Source of the DNA: Desulfobacterales bacterium
GTDB taxonomy: Bacteria > Desulfobacterota > Desulfobulbia > Desulfobulbales > Desulfocapsaceae
Assembly: GCA_013042695.1 (NCBI GenBank)
Contig: JABDPQ010000229.1
Location: forward strand, 1-33,700
DNA: 33,700 nt
Direction: 5' to 3'
Shown here: in pieces, positions 1 to 8,355 of the stretch
Layout: every line of letters starts with the position of its first letter
Position numbering within the stretch: position 1 is the stretch's first letter
Notes under the pieces: generated by a model
Told to the model about the DNA's origin: nothing
What the model saw: only the letters and a program-made list of their open reading frames with translations
The model's database searches: none
Position numbers and translations under genes: made by a program

Positions 1-254
1 TGATAAAAAAACCATTCATTTTCAGGGCCAAGCAGTACTTCAAGATCGATGTCTTTCAGCTCCCGATATGACACACCGAGCAAATCATTCGCAGCCGGGT
101 TGGCATAGAGAACCTGATGATCAAGGCTCACTACCATGACTCCATTAGGTGTCTCTTCGAGAATCTGGTAGAGGTATAAATGGGAACCAAGCTCCCTGGT
201 TACCTCCGGCAGACTTTTCCGTAATGGAGATCTCTCGTCGTCCGATTTCTGCAC
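1..254 (-). CDS. PAS-domain sensor protein, N-terminal part (the gene runs off the left edge)
   Basis: The minus-strand frame is open from a GTG at 254..252 to position 1 (84 codons, no stop). My translation is ...LYLYQILEETPNGVMVVSLDHQVLYANPAANDLLGVSYRELKDIDLEVLLGPENEWFFY, a typical PAS N-terminal pattern. It begins 6 nt after the metF-like stop, so it is probably co-transcribed. The start is uncertain: the frame is closed by a TGA just upstream, and the only in-frame ATG (137..135) would cut into the PAS fold. Confidence 0.5.
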   Translation of the reverse strand, partial: MQKSDDERSPLRKSLPEVTRELGSHLYLYQILEETPNGVMVVSLDHQVLYANPAANDLLGVSYRELKDIDLEVLLGPENEWFFY

Positions 255-260
255 GCTTAT

Positions 261-1136
261 CTACCGTCCGATCAAATCAAGAAACTCCGGTAATTTTTCT
301 TTCCAACCAAGTGCCAGCAATACCACCCCGTCGCCGAGCGGGGCTAACTCCTCGAGAAAATCGACAGCAACGTGCATACCCGCATTTTTCTTGTCCGGGG
401 CCTGCATCATTTTTTTGAGAAATTCCTGAGGAATCGATGGTATTCCCGTCAAATTGTTGAGATATCGGATCATCGTCACCGATTTCAGATATAACAATGA
501 GGTATAGAGCTTAATCCCCGTCTCCTCGGCAAAGGGGAGAAATTGCTCGATAATGTTGAGATCATACGTGGGGCTCAGGGTAACAGACTGGACACCGTGT
601 TGTTCCAGCTGCTTGAAATATTCTGCACGTTCTCGATTAAAATTCACATCGTCTGATAGCTCAAGGTAGACCCCGACATTGAAATCTGTTGCCCCGTCAA
701 GAGGCTCACCACCAAGATCTGTGCCGTTATTCAAGGCTGCAGCACATTGAAGCATAGTGGCAAGGTCAAGATCACCGCTGGTTCTGGCAACAGGTTGATC
801 CCCTTCCTTGGGATCATGGCCTTCCTTTATAACAATTTCCTTAATCCCCAGAGCAGATGCACAGAGCAAGTCGGCTTGAAAAGAAATTCGGTTGCGGTCC
901 CGGCCATTGATAACCATGCTCGGCTCAAAACCTTTTTCTTTTAGAAACAGAGACGGAGCCAAGGGTGACATCCTCATGATCGCATGCTCACCGTCAGTAA
1001 TTCGAATTGTCTCGATTCGCCCCCTGATGCTGAGGGCTGAGGTGAGAAATGGCTCCAGGTTTGTTCCTTTGGGGGGATCAATTTCGGCAATAAGGTGGGT
1101 TGAGCGAGGGGAATAACTGGTGTTAGTAACTTCCAT
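261..1136 (-). CDS. metF: 5,10-methylenetetrahydrofolate reductase family protein (MetF-like)
   Basis: A 291-aa ORF with MTHFR-family patterns: AEIDPPKG...ITDGEHAIMRMSPL...INGRDRNRISFQADLLCASALGIKEIVIKEGHDP. An AGGAGG RBS (plus-strand cctcct at 1141..1146) lies 4 nt upstream of the ATG. Confidence 0.75.
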   Translation of the reverse strand: MEVTNTSYSPRSTHLIAEIDPPKGTNLEPFLTSALSIRGRIETIRITDGEHAIMRMSPLAPSLFLKEKGFEPSMVINGRDRNRISFQADLLCASALGIKEIVIKEGHDPKEGDQPVARTSGDLDLATMLQCAAALNNGTDLGGEPLDGATDFNVGVYLELSDDVNFNRERAEYFKQLEQHGVQSVTLSPTYDLNIIEQFLPFAEETGIKLYTSLLYLKSVTMIRYLNNLTGIPSIPQEFLKKMMQAPDKKNAGMHVAVDFLEELAPLGDGVVLLALGWKEKLPEFLDLIGR

Positions 1137-1746
1137 TGAACCTCCTATGATTAAATGAAAATACCCTTCTCGTTATTTCAAGACCAGCGGCCATCCGGAC
1201 CATGCAGCCAGTCTGAACAAATGTGAGCCAGACAGCGAATCCGGTCTAATCGTCTGCGCTTCCAGGAGATAGATAACACGTTGCACCCCTGATTCTCAAG
1301 CAGTTAAGAACAATGTATCTATGTATATAAAAGCAGTAACGGCCAACGCCATTTCTGCATGATTCTAATGTCTTACAAAAGACTGCGCGATGTTGCCGAC
1401 ACTCCAGAGCACAAACTACTCCCATTGAGAGAAATAACGATGCATGCTGGAAGTACTTTATTTCAAGCAGCCGAGACAATGCTCTCGTGCTGACTTAAAT
1501 TGTCACACAAAGCGAGATAAGAATGTCCGATTTATTTTGCAAGACAGGTTACTCATCGTTTTACCGTCTCGCGACCCGGACCAGCCATTCCGACACAAGG
1601 GTATTTCCCATATCCAAAACCTACCCATCGGATGACGTAACTCCGTACATATATTCAAATAATCTTACTATGTACGTAAGCCGGCCTTATATTACTGTCA
1701 CACTACCTGTTTTGTCAATCGTATATGTGGTTAAATTTTAGACGTT

Positions 1747-1766
1747 GCACTTAGTCAACTAAGTGC
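1747..1766. promoter_or_regulatory. Perfect 9-2-9 palindrome GCACTTAGT-CA-ACTAAGTGC next to a TATAAT hexamer (1781..1786)
   Basis: The arms at 1747..1755 and 1758..1766 are exact reverse complements. A 2-nt centre is too short for an RNA hairpin loop, so a dimeric DNA-binding-protein site is more likely. It lies inside the long non-coding region. Confidence 0.3.
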
Positions 1767-2122
1767 TTGTTATTTATCTGTATAATATTGCTTTTATCGG
1801 CAATTATTGTGGTTTTAATTGGGTGCCTGGGAAACTTTCAGATTTTCCCTTACCCTACTGCTGACAAAGAATTACAATACCTGTTATACTCATGCTTTGT
1901 TTTTACAAATGAGTATTGCTTCATCAAATAATTCGCAATACATCGAGCTTTTTGCAAGTGGCTCCATCATCAGAAGCAAGGAAAAGCAAGCATGGGTGAG
2001 ACCCAATATGGGACCGACATCAAGAGTTCTATTGATCAGTTATATTTTATGTTTTAACGAGCTTTTTGAGCTGCTTGATAAAGTACCTTAACGATTTTAT
2101 AACCATTTCGAGGAGTCATCAT

Positions 2123-2698
2123 ATGAAGATAGTCGCGATTCTTGGCAGCCCCCGGAAAGAGGGCAACAGCACAACGCTTGCCACGATAATAGCAGACGAG
2201 CTGGTCAACAAAAGCGGCACCGTTATCACTCATTGTCTCAACGATCTCTCGTATAGAGGCTGCCAAGCCTGCGGTGCCTGCAAAACTACAAGCGAGAAAT
2301 GTGTTTTGAAAGATGATTTAGCCCCGGTACTTGAGGATGTGCGACACGCAGACGTACTTATCCTGGCAACTCCGGTCTACTGGGGGGAGGTGACCGCACA
2401 GATGAAAGGTTTTATTGACCGATTCTACTCTTTTCTTACTCCGGATTTTATGACTGAACCGATAAAGCATCGGCTGGCGACAGGGAAAAACCTCGTTTTT
2501 ATCCAGGCACAGGGTGCTCAAGAGGAGCAATTATTCACCGATATTTTCCCTCGCTATAACTCGTTTTTCACCCAGCTTAACCTCTTTGAAAAAACATATT
2601 TTTTCAGGGCATGCGGCGTCAATAACAGAAAAGATGCAGCCACCCGTAGTGATTTGCTCGATCGAGCCAAGGAGATCGCGGCACAGCTTTCAACCTGA
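2123..2698 (+). CDS. Iron-sulfur flavoprotein / NADPH-dependent FMN reductase family (flavodoxin-like fold)
   Basis: MKIVAILGSPRKEGNS... is the usual FMN-reductase N-terminus. A compact CX2CX2CX6C motif (CQACGACKTTSEKC) matches the Isf-type 4Fe-4S motif. I moved the start to the ATG at 2123, which has a GAGGAG RBS at 2110..2115. The 19-codon extension in the ORF track has no RBS. Confidence 0.75.
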   Translation: MKIVAILGSPRKEGNSTTLATIIADELVNKSGTVITHCLNDLSYRGCQACGACKTTSEKCVLKDDLAPVLEDVRHADVLILATPVYWGEVTAQMKGFIDRFYSFLTPDFMTEPIKHRLATGKNLVFIQAQGAQEEQLFTDIFPRYNSFFTQLNLFEKTYFFRACGVNNRKDAATRSDLLDRAKEIAAQLST

Positions 2699-2749
2699 TG
2701 ATCGAGCTGATAGCACATCTTCGAGATCGTTTGAATGTTTTTCTGCTTC

Positions 2750-2763
2750 TTGACCTAGGTCAA
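2750..2763. promoter_or_regulatory. Perfect 14-bp palindrome TTGACCTAGGTCAA, about 85-95 nt upstream of the 2846 gene
   Basis: The sequence is exactly self-complementary. It sits in the 147-bp spacer between the Isf-like gene and the HD-like gene. It is an operator candidate only. Confidence 0.3.
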
Positions 2764-2845
2764 AGCAATCTCCTGTCTTATGCCTTATCATTTCAGTTAT
2801 AATTATTGGATACCACCTTATTGAAAATGATGGAGGAGCACCGAC

Positions 2846-3589
2846 ATGAAATGCCCCGGTCAAGATATGCAGTACTGGAAGGCCGAAGCCATATTTGACG
2901 TAGACTGTCCCAAATGCGCTCAGCCTGTTGAGTTTTATAAAGACGATACCACCCGCAAATGCGGTAATTGTGGAAACCGTTTTGTTAACCCCCGGATGGA
3001 TTTTGGCTGCGCCGCCTATTGTCAATACGCAGAACAATGTCTCGGTACTTTGCCAGAAGAGTTTGTCGGATCTCAGGACAACCTTCTCAAAGATAAAGTT
3101 GCCGTTCAAATGAAGCGTTTTTACAAGACCAATTTCAGCCGTATCAGTCATGTTTCACGGGTTGCACGATATGCTGAAAAAATAGGCAAGAAAGAAAGCG
3201 CCAACCTGCCGGTAATCCTCTGTGCCGCATATCTCAGCGATATCGCCATTGATGAGGTAATGCAGAAATACCAGAGTGATGACCCAGCTCTGATCAAAAA
3301 AGAAAGTCTCGTTGTTGCAGTATCTATCTTGTCCGAGCTCGGCGCCAAAGAAGCTGTAATCAAAGAAGTCTGCAGCCTGATTGAGTCTCACAATAGCGAT
3401 GATGCGAACATATCAGCAGAAAGTAAAATACTCCGTGACGCTGAACGTCTGGCACTCTTGGAAGAACAACACAAAAAGAGTCCCCTGGAAGCAGAACTGC
3501 TTGAAGAGAGTATCTCTGAAAACTTCCTGACCAGCGGTGGCCGGCAGCTTGTCCGGGATACCTTTGAGCATATGGGTGTTTTTTCATAA
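2846..3589 (+). CDS. Cys-rich (zinc-ribbon-like) N-terminal domain fused to a degenerate HD-domain phosphohydrolase-like domain
   Basis: A GGAGGAG RBS lies at 2832..2838. The N-terminus has CPKC...CGNC plus three more Cys. The C-terminal part follows the HD-domain layout (RISHVSRVARYAE...LCAAYLSDIA...IESHN...ILRDAERLALL), but SD replaces the HD doublet and DAERLA replaces DADxLD. Confidence 0.6.
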   Translation: MKCPGQDMQYWKAEAIFDVDCPKCAQPVEFYKDDTTRKCGNCGNRFVNPRMDFGCAAYCQYAEQCLGTLPEEFVGSQDNLLKDKVAVQMKRFYKTNFSRISHVSRVARYAEKIGKKESANLPVILCAAYLSDIAIDEVMQKYQSDDPALIKKESLVVAVSILSELGAKEAVIKEVCSLIESHNSDDANISAESKILRDAERLALLEEQHKKSPLEAELLEESISENFLTSGGRQLVRDTFEHMGVFS

Positions 3590-3699
3590 GTACACCGATC
3601 TCTAATCGTCCTAGGCAATGACACGATAAGCCCTATAAAGGAGCCTTCTCCAAGCAAACACCAGCCACAGTTTAAACTTTTGATTAATCCATTGTCAGG

Positions 3700-3885
3700 T
3701 TGTTGGTATCATACCGTTTTGCCAAAGACTCGGTTAACTCTCTGGCAGTTAGCAGGTTATTCTCAGATTTTTTGGTCTTCCAATCTGTGCGAGAATCGAT
3801 GAGATGCTTGATTATCGGAAGCGTCACAAACAGAGTACTGCAGACACCACCCTGCTCGGTTCTTGTTGTCAGGGAACCTGCCTGA
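3700..3885 (+). pseudogene. Remnant of a universal stress protein (UspA-family C-terminal segment)
   Basis: ...DFLVFQSVRESMRCLIIGSVTNRVLQTPPCSVLVVREPA resembles the Usp C-terminus (DLIVMGSRGRSG..LLLGSVT..V..APCPVLVV). The Gx2Gx9G(S/T) glycines are lost. The ORF has only a TTG start, no RBS, and none of the N-terminal two-thirds of the domain. Confidence 0.35.
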
Positions 3886-4045
3886 AGCAACAGCTCTCCA
3901 TCTGTCCAGGATAATCTGCTGCTGAAAACATTTGTATAAGACTGCTTTATGTGCTAGTTCAACGGTCATGCTATGATTGCATAAACCACGAGAGACTCCT
4001 TTGGTCTGAAGCAAAATCCATACGATACTATATGAGGAAATACAA

Positions 4046-4933
4046 ATGAACACACTTTCCGGTAAAACAATCGGCCTCATAGGACTTGGCTTGATGGGGA
4101 GACCAATGAGCATAAATCTGCTGAAAGCCGGCGCTCGATTGATTGTTACAAACCGCTCACCGGAACCGCGTCTGGAGATAGCCAAACAGGGTGCCACAGC
4201 CTTTGAGACGCCAGCCGAAGTTGCCGGCAAGGCTGATATAATCATTTGTATTGTTTCAGATACCTCTGCCGTTGAATCAACTCTTTTTGCAGACAATGGA
4301 GTGCTTCAATCCTTGCGTGCCCAGACACTGTTTATCGATATGGGCACAACATCGATGAAGGCAACCAAAACATTTGCCCAGGCCGTTTCAGAAAGAGGAG
4401 GTTATTACGTCGATGCTCCGGTGTCCGGCGGCACTATCGGTGCAGAACAAGGTAATCTGACCATCATGGCTGGCGGCTCAGATAAAGCCTTCACCATGGC
4501 CCTGCCGATCCTTCAGGTTCTTGGAGATCGTATTACCCATGTCGGCTCAACAGGAGCAGGGCAAGTAGCCAAAGCGGCAAATCAGGTAATTGTCGGCCTG
4601 AATATCGGCGCAGTTGCAGAAGCACTTGCTCTGGCAAAAGCAGCCGGAGTCGATCCCGGTAAAGTCAGGGAAGCCCTTAAAGGAGGGTTTGCAGACTCCC
4701 GGATTCTGGAAGTACACGGCAAGCGTATGGTAGATGGGACATTTGAGCCCGGCGCCAAGTCAACAATACAGCGGAAAGATATGCAGCAGGCCCTCGAGCT
4801 GGCGGCAAGTCTTAACCTCGACATCCCGGCTACCGCCCTCAGCAGAGATCTCTATGACCGCCTCATCGCCTTAGGGAGGGCTGACCTTGATCACGCTGCT
4901 CTGTTTACCCTCTTCGATAAATCCGAAGCTTAA
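4046..4933 (+). CDS. NAD(P)-dependent 3-hydroxyisobutyrate dehydrogenase / 2-hydroxy-3-oxopropionate reductase family oxidoreductase
   Basis: It has a Rossmann N-terminus (KTIGLIGLGLMGRPMSINLLKAG), DAPVSGG, and a C-terminal helical domain typical of the family. GAGGAAA precedes the ATG. Confidence 0.85.
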   Translation: MNTLSGKTIGLIGLGLMGRPMSINLLKAGARLIVTNRSPEPRLEIAKQGATAFETPAEVAGKADIIICIVSDTSAVESTLFADNGVLQSLRAQTLFIDMGTTSMKATKTFAQAVSERGGYYVDAPVSGGTIGAEQGNLTIMAGGSDKAFTMALPILQVLGDRITHVGSTGAGQVAKAANQVIVGLNIGAVAEALALAKAAGVDPGKVREALKGGFADSRILEVHGKRMVDGTFEPGAKSTIQRKDMQQALELAASLNLDIPATALSRDLYDRLIALGRADLDHAALFTLFDKSEA

Positions 4934-5026
4934 AGAGCCTTAATGAACAACACTGCTGTCTCAATGAATAGCCAGCAATATCAACATGCTAAATCATATA
5001 TATCTACACGCCCGACTGATTTTTAA

Positions 5027-6379
5027 TTACAGCTCACCCAGAGCAGTATCCAGCACTTCAATAATATAATCGACATCCGCTTTGGTGATGCACATCGGTG
5101 GTTTGATACGTAAGACATTTCCGTAAAAACCGCCTTTTCCGGTCAATAAACCAAGATCTTTTGCACGCTCAAACACTTGGGCTGTTTCGGCTTTTGCCGG
5201 TTCTTTGGTCGTTCGATCTTTTACCAACTCCATTCCGGTCATTAAACCTTTGCCCCTGATATGACCGATAATATCGTGTTTTTCCTGCAGTCCCTTGTAG
5301 CCCTCCAGCAGGTACGCACCTACTATTTTGCAATTCTGCTGGATGTTCTCACGATCAATAACTTCCAGGACAGCCTTACCCATTGCACACGATACCGGAT
5401 TGCCGCCAAAGGTGTTGAAATGAATTCGCTCAGATAACAGCTGGGCAATTTCAGGACGTGTCGCCACCGCAGCAAGTGGTGCACCATTGCCGATTCCCTT
5501 GGCCATGGTAACGATATCGGGAATGACATCCTGGGTTTGAAACCCCCAATAGTGTTCACCGGTGCGAGCAAAACCTGTTTGCACCTCATCTGCAATACAG
5601 AGACCTCCTGCATCACGTACATGCTTATACGAAGCCTTTAAGTAGCCATCGGGAAAAATAACCGTACCGCCCACTCCCTGGATGGACTCGGCGAAAAATG
5701 CACCGACGCGACCGGGCGTACTGTGCTCTATGAGATTTTTAATATCAGCTGCATATTTCGCCCCGGCATCAGGGTCATCCTCTCCATAGGGCCCGCGATA
5801 CGGGTCTGCATTAACTGCGTGGTGTACGCCAAAGCTATGCGGATAATTGAATTTCCAGGTACTGTGCGCAGTCAGTCCCATGGCTGAGGGACTGCCGCCA
5901 TGATAACAGTTGCGCAGAGCAATGATATCATAATTACCGGTATACAGGCGGCTCATCATCATCGCTAAATCATTGGCTTCAGATCCTGAGTTGACAAAAT
6001 ATATCACACTCAGTTCTTCCGGCAGCCTTTCAGCCAGGGCTTTACCAAACTCGGCCACAGCAGGATGGTAATAGATGGTTGTCGTGTGCTGCAATGTATC
6101 AATCTGCTCTTTTCCCCTGCTGGTCACATAGGGATGGCAGTGCCCCACACTTACCGTGACGATGCCACCAATGCCGTCGAGGTACCGGCGCCCTTTTTCA
6201 TCGTATAGATATTGCATTGATCCTTCGACGATCATGATCGGTCTTTGATAGAACGTCAGCAAGGCAGGTGACAGATAGGTTTTCCTCATCTTCGCTACTT
6301 CTTCATAACGGGGTCCTTCATAAGGTTTCGGACAATGGTCAAATGGCGGCAGTTCAGGGACGCTTAGCTGACGATTCAT
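5027..6379 (-). CDS. Class-III PLP aminotransferase (AGXT2 / beta-alanine-pyruvate transaminase-like)
   Basis: A 450-aa ORF with class-III patterns: [18 protein letters not shown]..., [34 protein letters not shown] (PLP lysine). AAGAGGAG RBS. Confidence 0.85.
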   Translation of the reverse strand: MNRQLSVPELPPFDHCPKPYEGPRYEEVAKMRKTYLSPALLTFYQRPIMIVEGSMQYLYDEKGRRYLDGIGGIVTVSVGHCHPYVTSRGKEQIDTLQHTTTIYYHPAVAEFGKALAERLPEELSVIYFVNSGSEANDLAMMMSRLYTGNYDIIALRNCYHGGSPSAMGLTAHSTWKFNYPHSFGVHHAVNADPYRGPYGEDDPDAGAKYAADIKNLIEHSTPGRVGAFFAESIQGVGGTVIFPDGYLKASYKHVRDAGGLCIADEVQTGFARTGEHYWGFQTQDVIPDIVTMAKGIGNGAPLAAVATRPEIAQLLSERIHFNTFGGNPVSCAMGKAVLEVIDRENIQQNCKIVGAYLLEGYKGLQEKHDIIGHIRGKGLMTGMELVKDRTTKEPAKAETAQVFERAKDLGLLTGKGGFYGNVLRIKPPMCITKADVDYIIEVLDTALGEL

Positions 6380-6550
6380 ATTCTAGAGCACTCCTCTTGA
6401 TGAGAGTTATCAATAAGATACGTTAACGAGTTATGGCGTTATGCATACAACTTTTTGTAAAGAATTTCTGCTTAAAAATGAAGAAGAACCGGGGAAGGAA
6501 CAACAGATAAATGACAAGTTGGCCTTCGTTTTACAAACTCTTCTCATTTA

Positions 6551-7351
6551 TCAGGAAACAATCGTCCCAGCCCTCACACCTTTAAGAAAGTTCATGCAAT
6601 AGTCATCATTGCCATTAAGCATTTCAGAGGTCCTTACACAGGCCATCAAAGCGCTGTCAAGTGGATCCATAATTGCTGAGTCCATACCAACCGCCATCAT
6701 GAAACTGAGGAACGTCCGATTGACGATCCGACGCTGGGGTAATCCATAGCTGATATTGGACAAGCCACCGGTGACATGAACGCCTTCAAGCTCAGTGGTA
6801 ATTGCTTTCACCGCAGCCATAGCCATCCTGCAGTTATTGGTATCAACACCTACGGGCTGGATAAGCGGATCGATAAAAATGTCTTCATGTTTAAAGCCGA
6901 TTCGCCCCAGCTCGCCTACCAGCCTGTGGGCACGAGAGACGATATCGTCGACTGAACGAGGCATCCCTGAATCATCCATGCAAAGGGCAATAATTCTACA
7001 CTCTTTACCTTGAAGATAAGCAAACATAGGTTCAAAACGATCTTTTTCCAGGCTGATCGAATTTACCAACGGTTTTTGAGAAACAAGCCCATAGGCAATT
7101 TCAAGAACATCCGGATCCGGGCTGTCGAGACACAAAGGGAGATCGGTCGCCTTCTGGATTACCTCGAGCAGCCATTTCATATCCTCTGTTTCATGACCTA
7201 TGCGGGCGCCGGCGTTGACGTCAATATAGGTTGCCCCTGCCTCTGCCTGCTGGATGACATCATCTTGAATGTAGTCGGCATCACGGTCTGCAACCGCAGC
7301 CTGCACCATTTTCAAGGTCGTATTGATGCGCTCACCAATAATAGTAAACAT
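6551..7351 (-). CDS. Methyltetrahydrofolate:corrinoid methyltransferase (pterin-binding, AcsE/MeTr-like)
   Basis: A 266-aa ORF. MFTIIGERIN...YIDVNAG...CLDSPDP...NSISLE...IDPLIQPV...GLSNISYGLPQRRIVNRTFL lines up along its whole length with the Moorella MeTr sequence as I remember it. Confidence 0.85.
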   Translation of the reverse strand: MFTIIGERINTTLKMVQAAVADRDADYIQDDVIQQAEAGATYIDVNAGARIGHETEDMKWLLEVIQKATDLPLCLDSPDPDVLEIAYGLVSQKPLVNSISLEKDRFEPMFAYLQGKECRIIALCMDDSGMPRSVDDIVSRAHRLVGELGRIGFKHEDIFIDPLIQPVGVDTNNCRMAMAAVKAITTELEGVHVTGGLSNISYGLPQRRIVNRTFLSFMMAVGMDSAIMDPLDSALMACVRTSEMLNGNDDYCMNFLKGVRAGTIVS

Positions 7352-7392
7352 AGATCACCTTCTGATTTGCTCCACTCACCATTGATTCATTC

Positions 7393-8025
7393 TCAGGCAA
7401 TAATAGCTTTGGCCATCTTACTTGCCGAGCCTGCATCAGGAGCATAACCGTCAGCCCCGATCTCATCGGCGAAAGCCTGGTTTACCGGAGCGCCACCAAT
7501 CAGGATCTTGAGGTTTTCCCTGACCCCTGAAGCATCAATGGCTTCAACCGTTTTCTTCAACATTGGCATGGTTGTGGTCAACAGTGCTGAAAGTCCGAGG
7601 ATTTCAGGCTGGTTTTTTTTAATCGCCTCGATGAAAATCTCAGGCTCCACGTCAACGCCAAGATCAACGACCTCAAAACCTGCACTCTCGAGCATCATGA
7701 CAACCAGGTTCTTGCCAATATCATGGAGATCACCCTTCACCGTACCGATTACGATTGTGCCGGCACTGCTGGATTCTCCCTCCCCAAGATGCGGTTTAAG
7801 CACCTCAACGGCAGCCCCCATGGCACGGGCGGACATTAATACTTCCGGGATAAACATTTCCCCGCTGCCCATCTTCTCGCCTACCAGATCCATGCCAGCA
7901 ATGAGCTCATCGTTGAGAATTTCCTGCGCCGCTCTTCCTGCTGCCAGCGCTTCGTTTACCAAGGCGATGAGGGTTTGGTCGTCACCCTCCATCAGGGTTT
8001 GAGTAATTTTGCTGATTTCAGACAT
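7393..8025 (-). CDS. Cobalamin-binding corrinoid protein (MtaC/MtbC/MttC-like)
   Basis: It has an N-terminal helical cap followed by a B12-binding domain. The DxHxxG motif (GDLHDIGKN), SxL (LGLSALLTTT) and GG (ILIGGAP) are all present. AAGGA RBS. Confidence 0.9.
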   Translation of the reverse strand: MSEISKITQTLMEGDDQTLIALVNEALAAGRAAQEILNDELIAGMDLVGEKMGSGEMFIPEVLMSARAMGAAVEVLKPHLGEGESSSAGTIVIGTVKGDLHDIGKNLVVMMLESAGFEVVDLGVDVEPEIFIEAIKKNQPEILGLSALLTTTMPMLKKTVEAIDASGVRENLKILIGGAPVNQAFADEIGADGYAPDAGSASKMAKAIIA

Positions 8026-8060
8026 AACTTATCCTTTTAATGGTTCAAAATTTCTTTGAG

Positions 8061-8216
8061 CTACAACTGCGAATAGCCGACATATTCCTGGGTAGCCGTA
8101 AAAAACGCCAGGACATTTTCCACAGGGTTATCATAACCGACATTATAACAGGGCGCCAGAATATAGCCGCCGTTTGTACCGAGATCATTGACCCGCCGCA
8201 TTACCTCCAGCTTCAT
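8061..8216 (-). pseudogene. 51-codon C-terminal remnant of a URO-D-family (MtaA/MtbA-like) corrinoid methyltransferase
   Basis: My translation is MKLEVMRRVNDLGTNGGYILAPCYNVGYDNPVENVLAFFTATQEYVGYSQL*. This matches the conserved C-terminal GGYIL..GC.i..dtP.EN+.a+ block of URO-D-type methyltransferases. The frame is closed by a TGA 7 codons upstream of the ATG and by a TAA a further 10 codons up. It ends 35 nt before the corrinoid protein start, where a substrate methyltransferase gene would sit. Confidence 0.5.
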
Positions 8217-8355
8217 TTCATCAACGCAGGCACATCATGCACACGGGAAACATGTTTTAAGTGCAATTAATCATATGGTATTCTATCCTAGAAGAGGAAG
8301 AGGTTTTCTATCTCTGCCCTCGCGTGGGCCTCTCAGCAACCATGGGAATAAAGAT

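Noticed and set aside
1141-1500. A riboswitch (cobalamin, SAM, SAH or THF) in the leader of the metF-like gene.
   Set aside because: Some helices can be drawn, but I could not find the diagnostic cores, for example the B12 box with GCCACTG or the SAM-I conserved junctions. It is left as an unclassified structured leader within the long-spacer finding.
1819-2091. The 90-aa plus-strand ORF, and the 1444..1741 ORFs, inside the long AT-rich spacer.
   Set aside because: They have TTG or weak starts, no RBS, low-complexity or hydrophobic-odd composition, and no recognisable motif. They are more likely chance ORFs in AT-rich DNA. BLASTX could overturn this.
7508-8002. Long antisense ORFs opposite well-supported genes. 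Examples: 7508..8002 (+), 12057..12548 (+), 10142..10615 (-), 3763..4296 (-), 9802..10185 (+), 25348..25803 (-), 26822..27166 (-), 31035..31352 (-).
   Set aside because: Each lies entirely within, or mostly overlaps, a gene with clear family motifs on the other strand. They have Ser/Arg/Pro-rich shadow-frame composition and no RBS. I treated them as frame shadows.
8217-8270. A possible second selenocysteine: the TGA at 8237..8235 just upstream of the methyltransferase stub gives the Cys-rich read-through ...CFPCA-U-CACVDEMKLEV.
   Set aside because: The frame is closed again by a TAA only 10 codons further upstream, and there is no start codon or RBS. No longer protein can be produced, which is consistent with a deletion remnant rather than recoding.
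8188-8355. N-terminal extensions given by the ORF track: 8188 for the M48 gene, 2066 for Isf, 20436 for cooS, 27172 for the permease, 26336 for the SBP, 13963 and 15367 for the two minus-strand genes, and 18313 for the 139-aa gene.
   Set aside because: In each case an internal ATG with a proper Shine-Dalgarno sequence coincides with the family-typical N-terminus. The longer versions use TTG/GTG starts, lack an RBS, or overlap neighbouring features.
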